A stretch of 64,000 nucleotides of DNA from Alphaproteobacteria bacterium (GCA_963555825.3 CAUVXB020000002.1:3552001-3616000); one strand, 5' to 3'; shown: positions 51,763 through 62,383, numbered from the stretch's first letter. Notes: generated from the letters alone by a model not told the origin. A program made the numbers and translations.

Positions 51763-52260
51763 ATGCCAAAACATACCGGTAAACGTGTCGCGCTGAACAA
51801 GCTGACCTTGACCAAACGCGCTGTCGAGGCGATGGAGCCCGCGGATAAACCCTGGATCGCCTGGGATGACAAATTGACCGGGTTCGTGATCTATGATCTT
51901 ATATCGCTGATTTAATTCATTATTTGTATGTTTTCATTTTCTCCGTAAGCAAAATGCAAGCGAATTCAATCCAATTCCAGCGCTCACGGGCGCATCTCTG
52001 ACGTAGCTCCCGCCCGACCCTCAAGAGGACTGCCGCACGCAATGGCCCGCCTCACCTGACTGCGTGCTGGCGGGCGGTCTGCGAACACGCGAGGCTCGGC
52101 AGGCTGCGCCTGCACGACCTTCGCCACACCGCAGCCAGCCAGGCCATCATGCCTGGCGAAAACCTGCCCCTGGTCGGCAAGTTGCTCGGGCACCGACGGC
52201 ACCGGACCACGGCGGGCAACGCCCACCTTGCCGACGAGCACCTCGTCGAGGCAGGGACAT
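51763..52260 (+). pseudogene. Phage/IME-type integrase remnant with the middle deleted
   Basis: N-terminal arm-binding fragment LTKRAVEAM..WDDKLTGF (51763-51885); C-terminal LRLHDLRHT..VGKLLGH fragment (~52100-52255). Confidence 0.75.
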
Positions 52261-52546
52261 TTTATTGTCCGGCAAGGGTGTCAACGCCGGTTGAAGATTC
52301 GGCCAAGGGGCGGGGCAAAAGACCGCCACCTGGGCTGGTGGGCTGAGCTTGGCGTGAGATTGGGATTCGGAGATGCGGTGCGAGGGTTTTTCGGCGGGAG
52401 CGGGCAGCGGAGCCATGCAGGGCTCAAGCGGTCCGCGCCCGCCGGCCGCCCGCGGGGCGGCATGGTTTGTCGGGTTGGGGTTAGTCTCGCCACCCGGGCC
52501 TTAGGGGCGCGTTGCCGGCCGGGGCCGCGCGACGGCGCGCCGCGGT

Positions 52547-53311
52547 TCAGCTATCGGCGCTGTTTCCGCGGGCGCGGCTCTGGCTGAGGCGGTAGCTGTC
52601 GCCGTTCATCTCGAGGATGTTGACGTGATGGGTGAGACGGTCGAGCCGCGCCCCGGTCAGGCGCTCGGAGCCGAAGGTCCCGGTCCATTCGTCGAAGGGG
52701 AGGTTGGAGGTGATGAGCGTGGCGCCCCGCTCGTAGCGCTGCGAGATCAGCTCGAACAGAAGCTCGGCGCCGGTCTTGCTCGGCGGCACGAAGCCCAACT
52801 CGTCGATGATCGGCAGCGTGCCGGCGACCATCTGCTTCTGGAGCCGCGGGAGGCGGCGCTCGTCGCGGGCTTCCATCAACTTGTGCACGAGCGTGGCGGC
52901 CGTGGTGAAGCCGGTGGAGAGGCCCCTCTGGCAGGCGGCCAGTCCGAGCCCCAGGGCGACATGGGTCTTGCCGGTGCCGCTCGGGCCCAGGGCGATGACG
53001 TTCTCGCGCCGCTCGATCCACTCGCGGCGCGCCAACTCCAGCACCCGCGCCTTGTTCAGCGCGGGGATGGCCTTGAAGTCGAAGCTGTCGGGGCTCTTGG
53101 CGACCGGGAACTTCGCCGCCTTGATGCGCCGCTCGACCATGCGCCGTTCGCGATCGATCAGTTCCAGCTCCACCAGCCGGGCCAGGAACCGAACATGATC
53201 CAGGCCCTCGGCCGCGCACTGGCGCGCCACTTTCTCGTATTCCCGCGGGAAGGTCGGCAGCCTCGGGGTCTTGAGGTGGTGTGCCAGCAGGATGTGGGGC
53301 CTGTCCGTCAT
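52547..53311 (-). CDS. istB: IS21 helper ATPase, heavily mutated and probably inactive
   Basis: GPSGTGKTH, IIDELG; many Leu-to-Pro changes. Confidence 0.8.
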   Translation of the reverse strand: MTDRPHILLAHHLKTPRLPTFPREYEKVARQCAAEGLDHVRFLARLVELELIDRERRMVERRIKAAKFPVAKSPDSFDFKAIPALNKARVLELARREWIERRENVIALGPSGTGKTHVALGLGLAACQRGLSTGFTTAATLVHKLMEARDERRLPRLQKQMVAGTLPIIDELGFVPPSKTGAELLFELISQRYERGATLITSNLPFDEWTGTFGSERLTGARLDRLTHHVNILEMNGDSYRLSQSRARGNSADS

Positions 53312-54505
53312 GCCGCGTCCTCCGACAGCAGGCACATGTCGCTGGCGGCCGAGGTCCTGCCGACGGTGGCCTTCGGCGGATACGGGTAGACGTCGAGGTC
53401 GAGCTTCGGCGGGCGCTTCTCGACCCGGCACGGCACCAGATGCTTGACCGCGTCGAAGCCGATGGCGCCCAGGCGCGGGGCGTCCTTCACGGCGCCATGG
53501 AGATCCTCCAGCCCGAAGCTCTCCAGCCGCCGCGGGACCTGCACATACTCCCGCCGCCCCGCCTTGGGCGAGCGTGCCTCCATGAGGCGGCGCAGGGTCT
53601 GGAACGCGGGCGGCAGGTCCCATCCGGCAAGCGGCGCCGCCTGATCCAGCGCGCCGATCTTCTGCTCGATCAGGGGCAGATAGTGGATCGGCTCGAAGAT
53701 CGTGTCCTCACGCTCATAGGACCGGGGATGGCGGGCGATGACCTCTCCGCCGCAGCCGATCACCACCCGGTCGACGTAACCGCGCACCCAGACGTCGCGA
53801 TGGCCATGGGCCACCGGCACCGAGTAGTCGTTGGTCTCGTAACGGACCAGAGACCGCGAGCTGACCTGCCCGGGAGCCTGGGCGCAGGCCTCGAAGGGCG
53901 CCGCCGGCGGCGCGGCCATGGCCGCCAGGTCCCGCACCAGGCGCTCTCCGATGGTCTCTCGGTGCCCGCGCGGGATATCGCCCTGGCGGCGGCGACACTG
54001 CTCCTCGAGCCGCCGATTGAACGCGTCCCAACTGGCAAAGCGCGGCAGCGGCACCATGAAGCTGCGCCGGGCAAAGCCCACCAGACCCTCCACCGCGCCC
54101 TTGTCGTTCCCCTTGCCCGGGCGCCCGTAACGATCGCACACGAGGTGATGCGACGGGAACCCGCCGAAGAGCCGCGCCCGCCCGCGCGTCCCGTCCGCCA
54201 GAATGCGCGACACCAGGCAGCGGTCGTTGTCGTGGAGCACCGATTGCGGAACCCCGCCGAAGAAGGCGAAGGCATGCACATGCCCGTCGATCCACGCCTC
54301 GGCCGTCGCCGCGGGGTAGGCCCGCACATAGCAGGCGTCGCCGTGCGGCGGATCGAAGACGAAGAAGTGCGCCTTGCGCGCCACACCCCCGATCACCGCC
54401 CGCGCCGCGCCGAAGTCCGCCTGCCCATGGCCCGGTGGATGGATCGGCGGCACGAACATCTCCCGCCGCCGGCGGTGATGTTCGCGCGCATAGTCCTTCA
54501 CGATC
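53308..54505 (-). pseudogene. istA: IS21 transposase, 5'-truncated
   Basis: Homology begins at IVKDY; QADFG, KGNDKG.VE, NDYSVP. Confidence 0.85.
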
Positions 54506-55885
54506 CAGACCGTGTGAAAACTCGGGCGGGGGCGGGGATGGAGGTTTAGGTCAGCATGATTTGCGGCGATCCCACGTAATCTGGCGGTTTGGCGCCGGTA
54601 GCCCCGCGGAGGGGCTCCAAGCCTCCGTGGATCGATGTGCGGTGCTCGATTTTGGCCTGATTCCCGTCTCATGCCCTCGCGGCGGCGATCAAGGCGGGAA
54701 CACCTACCAGCGAGATCGCGCGGCGGATGTTGTAAGCCAGCGTCGTGATGCTGAACTCGCCGCGCACGTTTTCCAGCCGCCGGGTCAGGAAGGCACCCTG
54801 GCCCATCCATTGTTTGATTGAGCCGAAGGGATGCTCGACGCTTTCACGGCGCGCATCGAGCAGCTCCGGGCGGGCCGCCAATCGTTCTGCCATGCGCTCC
54901 AGGATCGCTTCGTCGACATAGCGCAGGACTCGACGGAAGGCGCTTTTCGTACACTTCGACTTGAGTTGGCACTCCTTGCACGCGGCGCGATTGGCGTAAC
55001 TGGCGAAGAAGAGATCGCGGCGCTTGCGCTCGCTGTGTAGCGCCAGGCGTTGGCCGTTGGGGCAGATGTAAATGTCCTCGCCGCCGTCATAGCGGAAGCG
55101 TTCCTTGGGAAAGAGCCCCTGGCTCACCGTTGATCCGCGCTGTGGCTTGGGCACATGCGGCATGACGCCGGCATTCTCGCAGGCCTCGATATCCTCGATC
55201 TTGAAGTAGCCCGCGTCGGCGACCGCGTCGATCCGATCGACGGCCAGGTTCCGCCGGGCCGCCACCGCCGTCTCGGCCAATAGACTGAGATCGCTGACTT
55301 TGTTATGGACCTGCTGCTCGGCGATCAGTTTGTGCTTGGCGTCCACCGCGATCTGGATGTTGTAGCCGACACCGACCCGGGTCGCGGCGTGCATCGCCCG
55401 GCTGTCCGGATCCGTCAACGAGAGCTGGTCCTCGCCACTCGCAGCCAGCGCGTCGCGATGTTCCTCAAACCGCTCACGCCGCCCTTGGATCGCAGCGATC
55501 TTCTCCTGGATATTCTCCATCTCGCCGCCGCCGGTGCCGTCATCGTCCTGCCCGTCGGCCTCGTCGAGCCGGTCGAGATAACGCGACAACCTCTCGTCGC
55601 TCTCGGCCAACGCCTTCTCCAGCTTGGCCTTCGTGAAGTTCCGCTCCCGGCTGTTCACTGCCTTGATCCGAGTACCGTCGACTGCCACCAGCGCGCGCCC
55701 GAACAGCTCCAGTTCGCGGCATAGCCTCACGAACTCCCGAAACACCTGGCGGAACGCCGCCCGATTGATCCGCCGGAAATCGGCGATCGTCTTGAAGTCC
55801 GGCGACAAACGCCGCAACAGCCAGATCACTTCGAGATTACGCTTGCTCTCGGCCTCCAGCCGGCGGCTCGAACGTACCCGATTGA
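54506..55885 (-). pseudogene. IS1182-family transposase (stop at 54669), 5'-truncated by IS1380, with right IR
   Basis: SSRRLE, PDFKTIADFR, VDGTRI, TDPDSR, DAGY, VEHPFG; end CAGACCGTGTGAAAACTC. Confidence 0.88.
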
Positions 55886-57527
55886 GCCCCCATTTCCCAA
55901 GTGAACTCGATATTCGATGCCCTGAGATGGAGATTCTGCTATAAGAATCAATATGTTGAGGCGTTGATGGAGTGGTTTGCATGGCACACCCGATGGGTGA
56001 ATCGAAACGGGACGGCCTTCGGGTCGATTTCGACCGCCGCCTGAAGCTCGAATTTCACGGCTCCCAGATCACTTCCGACGGCGGGTTGCTGGTCTATCGG
56101 GAGCTTGATGATGCCCTTGGCCTGACCGAGGTTGCCGGGGATATTTTTCAGGACAGCCGTACCGGCAAGAACGGATGGCACGGCATGACGGGGCAGTTCC
56201 GTCAGTCGGTGTTTGGTCGCCTTGGTGGTTATGAGGACGTAAACGACGCCGACCGTCTCGGACGTGATCCCGCCATGCGGTGGATTGTTGGTGGCAAGGC
56301 CGTGGACAGACAGGCCGCGTCCACCAGCCAGATGGGGCGGTTCGAGACGGAGCTTCTGGCGACCGATGCGAACATCGAAGTCCTGGCTGGGATGAACGGG
56401 GCGTGGATCGACAAGGTTCATGACCGCCGCCCACCGAAGATGATCATCCTCGACATGGACTCAAGCGTCAGCCCGACCCATGGCGAACAAGAGGGAGCGG
56501 CGTACAATGGTCACTTCGGCTGCACCTGCTACCATCCACTATTCCTGTTCAACCAGTTCGGCGATCTGGAGCGGTGTTCCCTTCGCCCCGGCAATGTCCA
56601 CAGTGCCGACGGTTGGCGTGAGGTTCTGGAACCGGTCGTTGAGCGTTATCGGGAACGGAACCTGCGCCGCTACTTCCGAGGGGACGCCGCCTTTGCCGCA
56701 CCGGACATCTACGAGTTCCTGGAAAGTGAGGGTTTTCTCTACGCGATCCGGTTGCCGAAGAACCAAATTCTTCAGGAAAGCATTGCCCACCTGCTGACCC
56801 GCCCCGTCGGTCGTCCGCCCAACCATGTGCGGCGCTATTACGCCAGCTTCAGCTACCGGGCTGGAAGTTGGGACAGAAAGCGTCGTGTCGTGGCCAAGGT
56901 TGAATGGCATCCCGGTGAACTGGTTCCCCGTGTCGGCTTCATCCTCACCAACTTGTCCCGTTCCGCCGAGCGGGTGACTTGGTTCTACAATCAGCGGGGC
57001 AAGGCGGAGCAATACATCAAGGAAGGCAAGAACGCGATCAAATGGACGCGATTGTCGTGCCGCAAGTTCCGCGACAATGCTGTCCGGCTCCAGCTTCATG
57101 CCCTGGCCTACAATCTCGCCAACTTCATGCGAATGCTGGCCTTGCCGAAGGAGATCGAGCACTGGTCGCTGACCACGCTACGGGAGAAGCTGGTCAAGAT
57201 CGGCGCCAAGGTGGTCAGCCATGGCCGCTACGTCACGTTCCAATTGGCCGAGGTCGCGGTGCCGAGGGAACTGTTCCGGAATATCCTGAGTCTGATCGAT
57301 GATCTACGACGAAGACCCGTTCCGGTGTAGGCCGGGAAAATCGATGGCCAGGTGAAAACGACAGGAGGGGTCTGTCTGAATGGCGGAAAATCCGGGTAAT
57401 GGCCTTCCGGACGAGGACCAATCTCCAGAATCAAGCCATCGGATGGCTGCGGAAGGGATGCCGTTCCCTTGGCGGTGAGTCAATGGTAGGATTTCCATGA
57501 ATTTCGATGTCATCTGGAGAATGTCGG
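55886..57527 (+). mobile_element. IS1380-family element, copy 3
   Basis: Ends CCCCATTTCCCA / TGGAGAATGTCGG. Confidence 0.85.
55981..57330 (+). CDS. IS1380 family transposase
   Basis: Close paralog of 26147-27496. Confidence 0.93.
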   Translation: MAHPMGESKRDGLRVDFDRRLKLEFHGSQITSDGGLLVYRELDDALGLTEVAGDIFQDSRTGKNGWHGMTGQFRQSVFGRLGGYEDVNDADRLGRDPAMRWIVGGKAVDRQAASTSQMGRFETELLATDANIEVLAGMNGAWIDKVHDRRPPKMIILDMDSSVSPTHGEQEGAAYNGHFGCTCYHPLFLFNQFGDLERCSLRPGNVHSADGWREVLEPVVERYRERNLRRYFRGDAAFAAPDIYEFLESEGFLYAIRLPKNQILQESIAHLLTRPVGRPPNHVRRYYASFSYRAGSWDRKRRVVAKVEWHPGELVPRVGFILTNLSRSAERVTWFYNQRGKAEQYIKEGKNAIKWTRLSCRKFRDNAVRLQLHALAYNLANFMRMLALPKEIEHWSLTTLREKLVKIGAKVVSHGRYVTFQLAEVAVPRELFRNILSLIDDLRRRPVPV

Positions 57528-57628
57528 AAAGCAGAAAGTATTGTTTGAAATAACCTGTCAAAGACATGTGTGTCGATTGGGTTGTAACTGCAGTCAGATG
57601 AACTCGAAAAAAGTACGGGGAGAAGCAG

Positions 57629-58783
57629 ATGAACCAGTATCGATATAATTACCTGTGCAGCAGGCTTGCTGCTGTGGCTCTTTTAGGGGCCGCGATAACC
57701 TGGGGCGGGGCCTATGCTCAGGAAACCACCGCTGGGTCGGCGGGTGCGAGAAACGAGATCACATTCACGTCCTGGACTGGGCCCTATATGCGCAGTCAAA
57801 TGCTGGGCTTTGTTCGCCCCTACGAAGAGGCGACCGGAGCGAGGGTCAATGTCGAGCACTATTCCGGTGGCATAGATGAGATTCGCGATCAGGTGGAATC
57901 CGCAAATGTTACCTGGGACGTGGTCGATCTGACACAGGCGGATTCCCTGCGTGCCTGTAACGAGGGGCTGTTGGAAAACATCGAGGATATCGAGCTTCCC
58001 GATGGTGCCGACGGCACTGGATTTCGCGACGACTTTGTCGAAGGCTCCCTGAACCCTTGTGGTGTTGGAGTTATCGTCTGGGCGACAATATTCGGCTACA
58101 ACAGAGATGCCTTCGGCGATAATCCGCCGACTTCTATCGCGGATTTTTTCGATACCAAAACCTACCCCGGTCCCCGTGCCATTCGGGATGATCCGACGGT
58201 AACAATGGAGTGGGCGCTCATAGCTGATGGTGTGCCGCGGGACGAGGTCTATAGCGTTCTAGAGACGCCGGAAGGTATCAAGCGCGCCTTGGCGAAAATG
58301 GACGCGATCAAGCCAAGCCTCGTGCTTTGGACGAAAGGACGGGAACCCGTGCGCCTTTTGAACAGCAATGACGTCGTCATGTCCGCTGTCTGGGCGACGA
58401 CCGGCGCCATAGGTTCGCGTGAAAAAGGGGCGAAGTTTTCGGTCGTGTGGGACGGTCGGGTGATCGAGCTCGATCTTTTCGGGATTCCAAAAGGCAGCCG
58501 CTACAAAGAAGAAGCAATCGAATTCATCCGCTTTGCCAGCAGCTCGGAGTCCCTGGCGAAGATGGTCGGATATCTGCCTAACGGGCCGACGCGGCGATCA
58601 TCGCTTGCACTGATTTCCGATGACGTGCTGGCACAGTTGCCGAACGGACCAGCTTATGACAACAAAGTCTCGATTCTTTCAGACGCACAGTGGTGGTCTG
58701 AAAATCACGCGGTTTTGGAAGAAGCATTCGACGCCTGGATCGCTGAAGCCGCCCAACAGGGCCCTTCCGGCACCGTGCGATAG
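57629..58783 (+). CDS. PotD/PotF-like ABC transporter substrate-binding protein
   Basis: Signal peptide; SWTGPY, QVESANVTWDVVD, DFFDTKTYPGPR, EWALIADGVP. Confidence 0.85.
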   Translation: MNQYRYNYLCSRLAAVALLGAAITWGGAYAQETTAGSAGARNEITFTSWTGPYMRSQMLGFVRPYEEATGARVNVEHYSGGIDEIRDQVESANVTWDVVDLTQADSLRACNEGLLENIEDIELPDGADGTGFRDDFVEGSLNPCGVGVIVWATIFGYNRDAFGDNPPTSIADFFDTKTYPGPRAIRDDPTVTMEWALIADGVPRDEVYSVLETPEGIKRALAKMDAIKPSLVLWTKGREPVRLLNSNDVVMSAVWATTGAIGSREKGAKFSVVWDGRVIELDLFGIPKGSRYKEEAIEFIRFASSSESLAKMVGYLPNGPTRRSSLALISDDVLAQLPNGPAYDNKVSILSDAQWWSENHAVLEEAFDAWIAEAAQQGPSGTVR

Positions 58784-58812
58784 AAACGTTACCAGACATA
58801 GGGGAATCGATT

Positions 58813-60414
58813 ATGAGCGTTGAAACTCACGTGCCGCCAGATGATCTGGTGGCAAAATCGGGGCTTTTCAAGGGCATGAACGCCATCATGGCCATCTTGT
58901 CGATGGTCATGATCATTGGGTTTGTAGGCTTTACGGTCCAAGATGTTGAGTTCTCAGCTGAAGTATTTAGCAAAGGCAAGGACTTCATCATAAATACCCT
59001 TGACTGGTTTTATGTTTTCGTTGTGACCATGGTCTTGTTTTTCGTCTTTTGGCTGCTTTGCAGCCGCTTTGGCAACGTAAAGCTGGGGCAAGACGACGAT
59101 GAGCCGGACTTCTCGACCTTCTCGTGGATTTGCATGTTGTTCTCTGCCGGTCTGGGGTCCGGTTTGATTTACTGGGGCGTCGCCGAGCCGATGTATCACA
59201 TCCAGGGCACCCCATTTTTGACGCGCGAAGGGATCGAGCCGGGCACCGTGGAAGCCGCTGCCTCGGCGATCCTTGTCACCAATTTTCATTGGGGGCTACA
59301 CGGTTGGGCGCTCTACGTCTTGGTGGGACTGAGCCTTGCCTACTTCGCTTACCGCAAGGGCCTGCCCCTGTCGTTGAGGTCGGCCATGTACCCGATCCTA
59401 AAGGACAAGATCTATGGCCCCTGGGGACACCTGGTCGATCTCGTAGGTGTGTTCGGAACGATCTTTGGCCTGGCGACATCGCTCGGTCTGGGTGTCCCGC
59501 CGATCGCCGCGGGGATGGAAAGGCTGGGCTGGATGGACAGCTCTCAGACCAACCAATTGATCCTAATCGCCATCATAACAGCGATGGGCACGGCATCTGC
59601 CGCTTCCGGTGTGGGAAAGGGTGTCCGTATTCTCAGCGAGGTGAATGTTTGGGCCAGCGTTGGCTTGCTCTTGCTGTTCTTTATCCTCGGGCCGACGGCC
59701 TTTATGCTGGGGATGGTGATCTCGGGCTTCGGCGATTACATCTGGAATTTCATTCCCATGGGCTTCTGGATCGATCCCGACCCCGAACGGCAGTGGCAGA
59801 GCTGGTGGACGATCTTCTATTGGGGTTGGTGGATCGCTTGGTGCCCCTTTGTTGGCCTGTTTATCGCGCGCATATCCAAGGGTCGCACAATCCGGCAATT
59901 CTGCCTGTGCGTGCTCTTGCTGCCGACGACGGTTGTCGTCTTGTGGATGGGCGCATTCGGCTCCGCCGCGACGGGCGTCGATCTGTTTGGCAGTGGCGGA
60001 ATCGTCGATGCCGTAAACAACGACTACGCAACCGGCGTATTCGAAACCATCGCCGGCTTCGGGTACGATTCGCTGACCACACCAATAACGATTTTGGTCA
60101 CCATTCTACTGGTGTCCTGGTTCGTGACATCGTCGGACTCCGGTACCCTTGTCATGTGCACCATGTTGTCCATGGGCGATGAACACCCGCCGGTCAAGTT
60201 CCGGATTTTCTGGGGCGTGACGTCGGGTGTGGTGGCCGCAGTACTCATGCTCGCAGGCGGTCTCGGAGCCCTTCAAACAGCATCAATCGTCGCCGGCCTG
60301 CCGATTGCGATTATGCTGCTCTTCATGGCCTTTGGCATGGTGAAGACATTGCATGAAGACTTCCCCTTGCCGGACGTGGCGGACAAGATGGAGTTGCAGT
60401 ACCTGAACCGCTAA
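58813..60414 (+). CDS. BCCT family (betaine/choline/carnitine) transporter
   Basis: MLFSAGLG, GVAEPM, FHWGLHGW, WTIFYWGWWIAWCPFVGLFIARISKGRTIR, VTSSDSG. Confidence 0.93.
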   Translation: MSVETHVPPDDLVAKSGLFKGMNAIMAILSMVMIIGFVGFTVQDVEFSAEVFSKGKDFIINTLDWFYVFVVTMVLFFVFWLLCSRFGNVKLGQDDDEPDFSTFSWICMLFSAGLGSGLIYWGVAEPMYHIQGTPFLTREGIEPGTVEAAASAILVTNFHWGLHGWALYVLVGLSLAYFAYRKGLPLSLRSAMYPILKDKIYGPWGHLVDLVGVFGTIFGLATSLGLGVPPIAAGMERLGWMDSSQTNQLILIAIITAMGTASAASGVGKGVRILSEVNVWASVGLLLLFFILGPTAFMLGMVISGFGDYIWNFIPMGFWIDPDPERQWQSWWTIFYWGWWIAWCPFVGLFIARISKGRTIRQFCLCVLLLPTTVVVLWMGAFGSAATGVDLFGSGGIVDAVNNDYATGVFETIAGFGYDSLTTPITILVTILLVSWFVTSSDSGTLVMCTMLSMGDEHPPVKFRIFWGVTSGVVAAVLMLAGGLGALQTASIVAGLPIAIMLLFMAFGMVKTLHEDFPLPDVADKMELQYLNR

Positions 60415-60440
60415 CGGGTTCGGCTTTCCAGTTAAGAGTA

Positions 60441-60486
60441 AACACCCTATTTCTGGCCAGAATTCTCTGGCCCGAAATAGGGTGTT
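60441..60486. terminator. Long hairpin after the BCCT gene
   Basis: AACACCCTATTTC.GGCCAG...CTGGCC.GAAATAGGGTGTT. Confidence 0.55.
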
Positions 60487-60519
60487 GGCACGTCTGGACC
60501 CACTCGGGAGGCACATTTG

Positions 60520-60673
60520 TCGGCCTAAAGTCAGCGCCACGGTGACGAGCAGCGCCACTGCGAACAGCGAAACGACGACCGAACTTCGAAATCGCCGACA
60601 GTGCGCGCTTGCCATATTCGGGGTAGAGCGCTTCTTCGGTGACGTCGATGCGCGCGATCCAATGGCCCTTCAT
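60520..60673 (-). pseudogene. DUF1330-like protein fragment
   Basis: MKGHWIARIDVTEEALYPEY..ISKFGRRFAVR resembles the DUF1330 N-terminus; IS21 lies 8 bp upstream. Confidence 0.55.
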
Positions 60674-60681
60674 GCCCCGTC

Positions 60682-62383
60682 TGAGAACGGCAGAGCAATA
60701 ATCCCCCACTGAAGCGGCCGGTCGATCCGGCTGCGGCGGACCAAAATGGGACCGCGTATAGCCTTCTGTCAGGGTTGCTCTGACTGGAAGGCGGGGGGGA
60801 TGTATCGGGTGGAGTTGTACGCACGGGTTCGGCGGGCGTGTCATGTCGAGGGGATGAGCACCCGCGAGGCCTCGCGGGTGTTTGGTGTAGACCGCAAGAC
60901 GGTCCGTAAGATGCTGTCGTTCTCGGTGCCGCCAGGGTATCGCCGAAGCGCGCCGCCGAGGCGGCCAAAGCTGGGTCCGTTCACGGGAATCATCGATCGG
61001 ATCTTGGAAGACGATCGGACCAGCCACCGCAAGCAACGGCACACTGCGAAGCGCATCTTCGACCGCCTCCGGGACGAGTACGGTTTCACGGGCGGCTACA
61101 CCATCGTGAAGGACTACGTTCGTGAGCAGGGGCTTCGGTCGCGTGAGGTGTTCGTGCCACTCTCCCATTCCCCCGGTCACGCCCAGGCGGACTTCGGCGA
61201 AGCGATGGCGGTGATCGGCGGCGCGTTACGGAAGATCCACTTCCTTGCCTTCGACCTTCCCCACAGTGATGGTTGCTTTGTTGCGGCCTATCCGGCGGAG
61301 ACGACCGAAGCATTCTGCGATGGCCACAACGCGGCGTTTGCCTTCTTCGGCGGCGTCCCCCGATCCATCCTGTACGACAACACCAAGCTGGCGGTTGCCC
61401 GGATCCTGGGCGATGGGAAGCGGCAGCGAACGCGCGTCTTCACGGAGCTTCAGTCCCACTATCTGTTCGAGGACAGGTTCGGCCGGCCGGGCAAGGGCAA
61501 CGACAAGGGCAAGGTCGAGGGACTGGTCGGCTTCATCCGGCGGAACTTCCTGGTCCCCGTCCCGCGTGCCGAGAGCTTCGCGGCCCTCAACGATGCTCTC
61601 GCCGAACAGTGCCGCCGGCGCCAGGCGGCGCGGCTGCGGGGCCACAAGGAGACCATCGGCGAGCGTCTCGAGCGGGATCGTCAAGTTCTCTTGCCATTGC
61701 CGCCTGCTCCCTATGATGCCTGCGATAAGCGCCCTGGACGGGCGAGTTCGCTGTCGCTGGTGCGTTACCGCAGCAACGACTATTCCGTGCCCGTGGCCTA
61801 CGGCCACCGTGAGGTGCTCATCCGGGGCTACGTCGATGAGGTGGTGATCAGCTGCGGGGCCGAGGTGATCGCCCGGCACCGCCGGTCCTACGACAGCGAG
61901 GACCTGATCTTCGACCCGCTGCATTACCTGCCCTTGATCGAGCAGAAGATCGGCGCCCTCGACCAGGCCGCGCCATTGGCGGGCTGGGACCTGCCCGAGG
62001 CCTTCATCACTCTGCGGCGGCTCCTCGAAGCTCGTATGGGCAAGGCAGGCAAGCGCGAGTACGTCCAGGTGCTCCGTCTACTGGAGACCTTCCGGCTCGA
62101 GGAGGTCGAGGGTGCGGTCGGCGACGCCCTGCGGCTCGGCGCAATCGGCTTTGATGCGGTGAAGCACCTGGTACTGTGCCGCATCGAGCGGCGGCCGCCC
62201 AGGCTCAACCTCGACGTCTATCCGTATCTGCCGCGCGCCCGGGTCGCGATGACGTCCGCCAAGTCGTACATGAGCCTGCTGTCGGGGCTCGGCGCATGAC
62301 CGACACACCGCAAGTGCTGCTCGCCCACCACCTCAAGACGCTGAAGCTGCCGACCTTCCTGCGCGAGTACGACAAGATCGCCC
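60682..62383 (+). mobile_element. IS21-family element, copy 2, truncated in istB
   Basis: Left end matches 32460; istB fragment 62296-62383 cut by the IS3-like element. Confidence 0.88.
60800..62299 (+). CDS. istA: IS21 transposase
   Basis: Near-identical to 32577-34076. Confidence 0.93.
   Translation: MYRVELYARVRRACHVEGMSTREASRVFGVDRKTVRKMLSFSVPPGYRRSAPPRRPKLGPFTGIIDRILEDDRTSHRKQRHTAKRIFDRLRDEYGFTGGYTIVKDYVREQGLRSREVFVPLSHSPGHAQADFGEAMAVIGGALRKIHFLAFDLPHSDGCFVAAYPAETTEAFCDGHNAAFAFFGGVPRSILYDNTKLAVARILGDGKRQRTRVFTELQSHYLFEDRFGRPGKGNDKGKVEGLVGFIRRNFLVPVPRAESFAALNDALAEQCRRRQAARLRGHKETIGERLERDRQVLLPLPPAPYDACDKRPGRASSLSLVRYRSNDYSVPVAYGHREVLIRGYVDEVVISCGAEVIARHRRSYDSEDLIFDPLHYLPLIEQKIGALDQAAPLAGWDLPEAFITLRRLLEARMGKAGKREYVQVLRLLETFRLEEVEGAVGDALRLGAIGFDAVKHLVLCRIERRPPRLNLDVYPYLPRARVAMTSAKSYMSLLSGLGA

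Larger units (their letters stand above)
52279..54505 (-). mobile_element. Degenerate IS21-family element, left part lost
   Basis: End TGTCAACGCCGG at 52279; istB plus 5'-truncated istA. Confidence 0.85.

Noticed and set aside
51886-51990. AT-rich insert inside the integrase remnant as a distinct element
   Set aside because: Too short to assign; no convincing IR pair or ORF
52547-54505. Diversity-generating retroelement as the source of the A/T-biased changes
   Set aside because: No reverse transcriptase or TR/VR pair in the window, and the changes are spread over 2 kb
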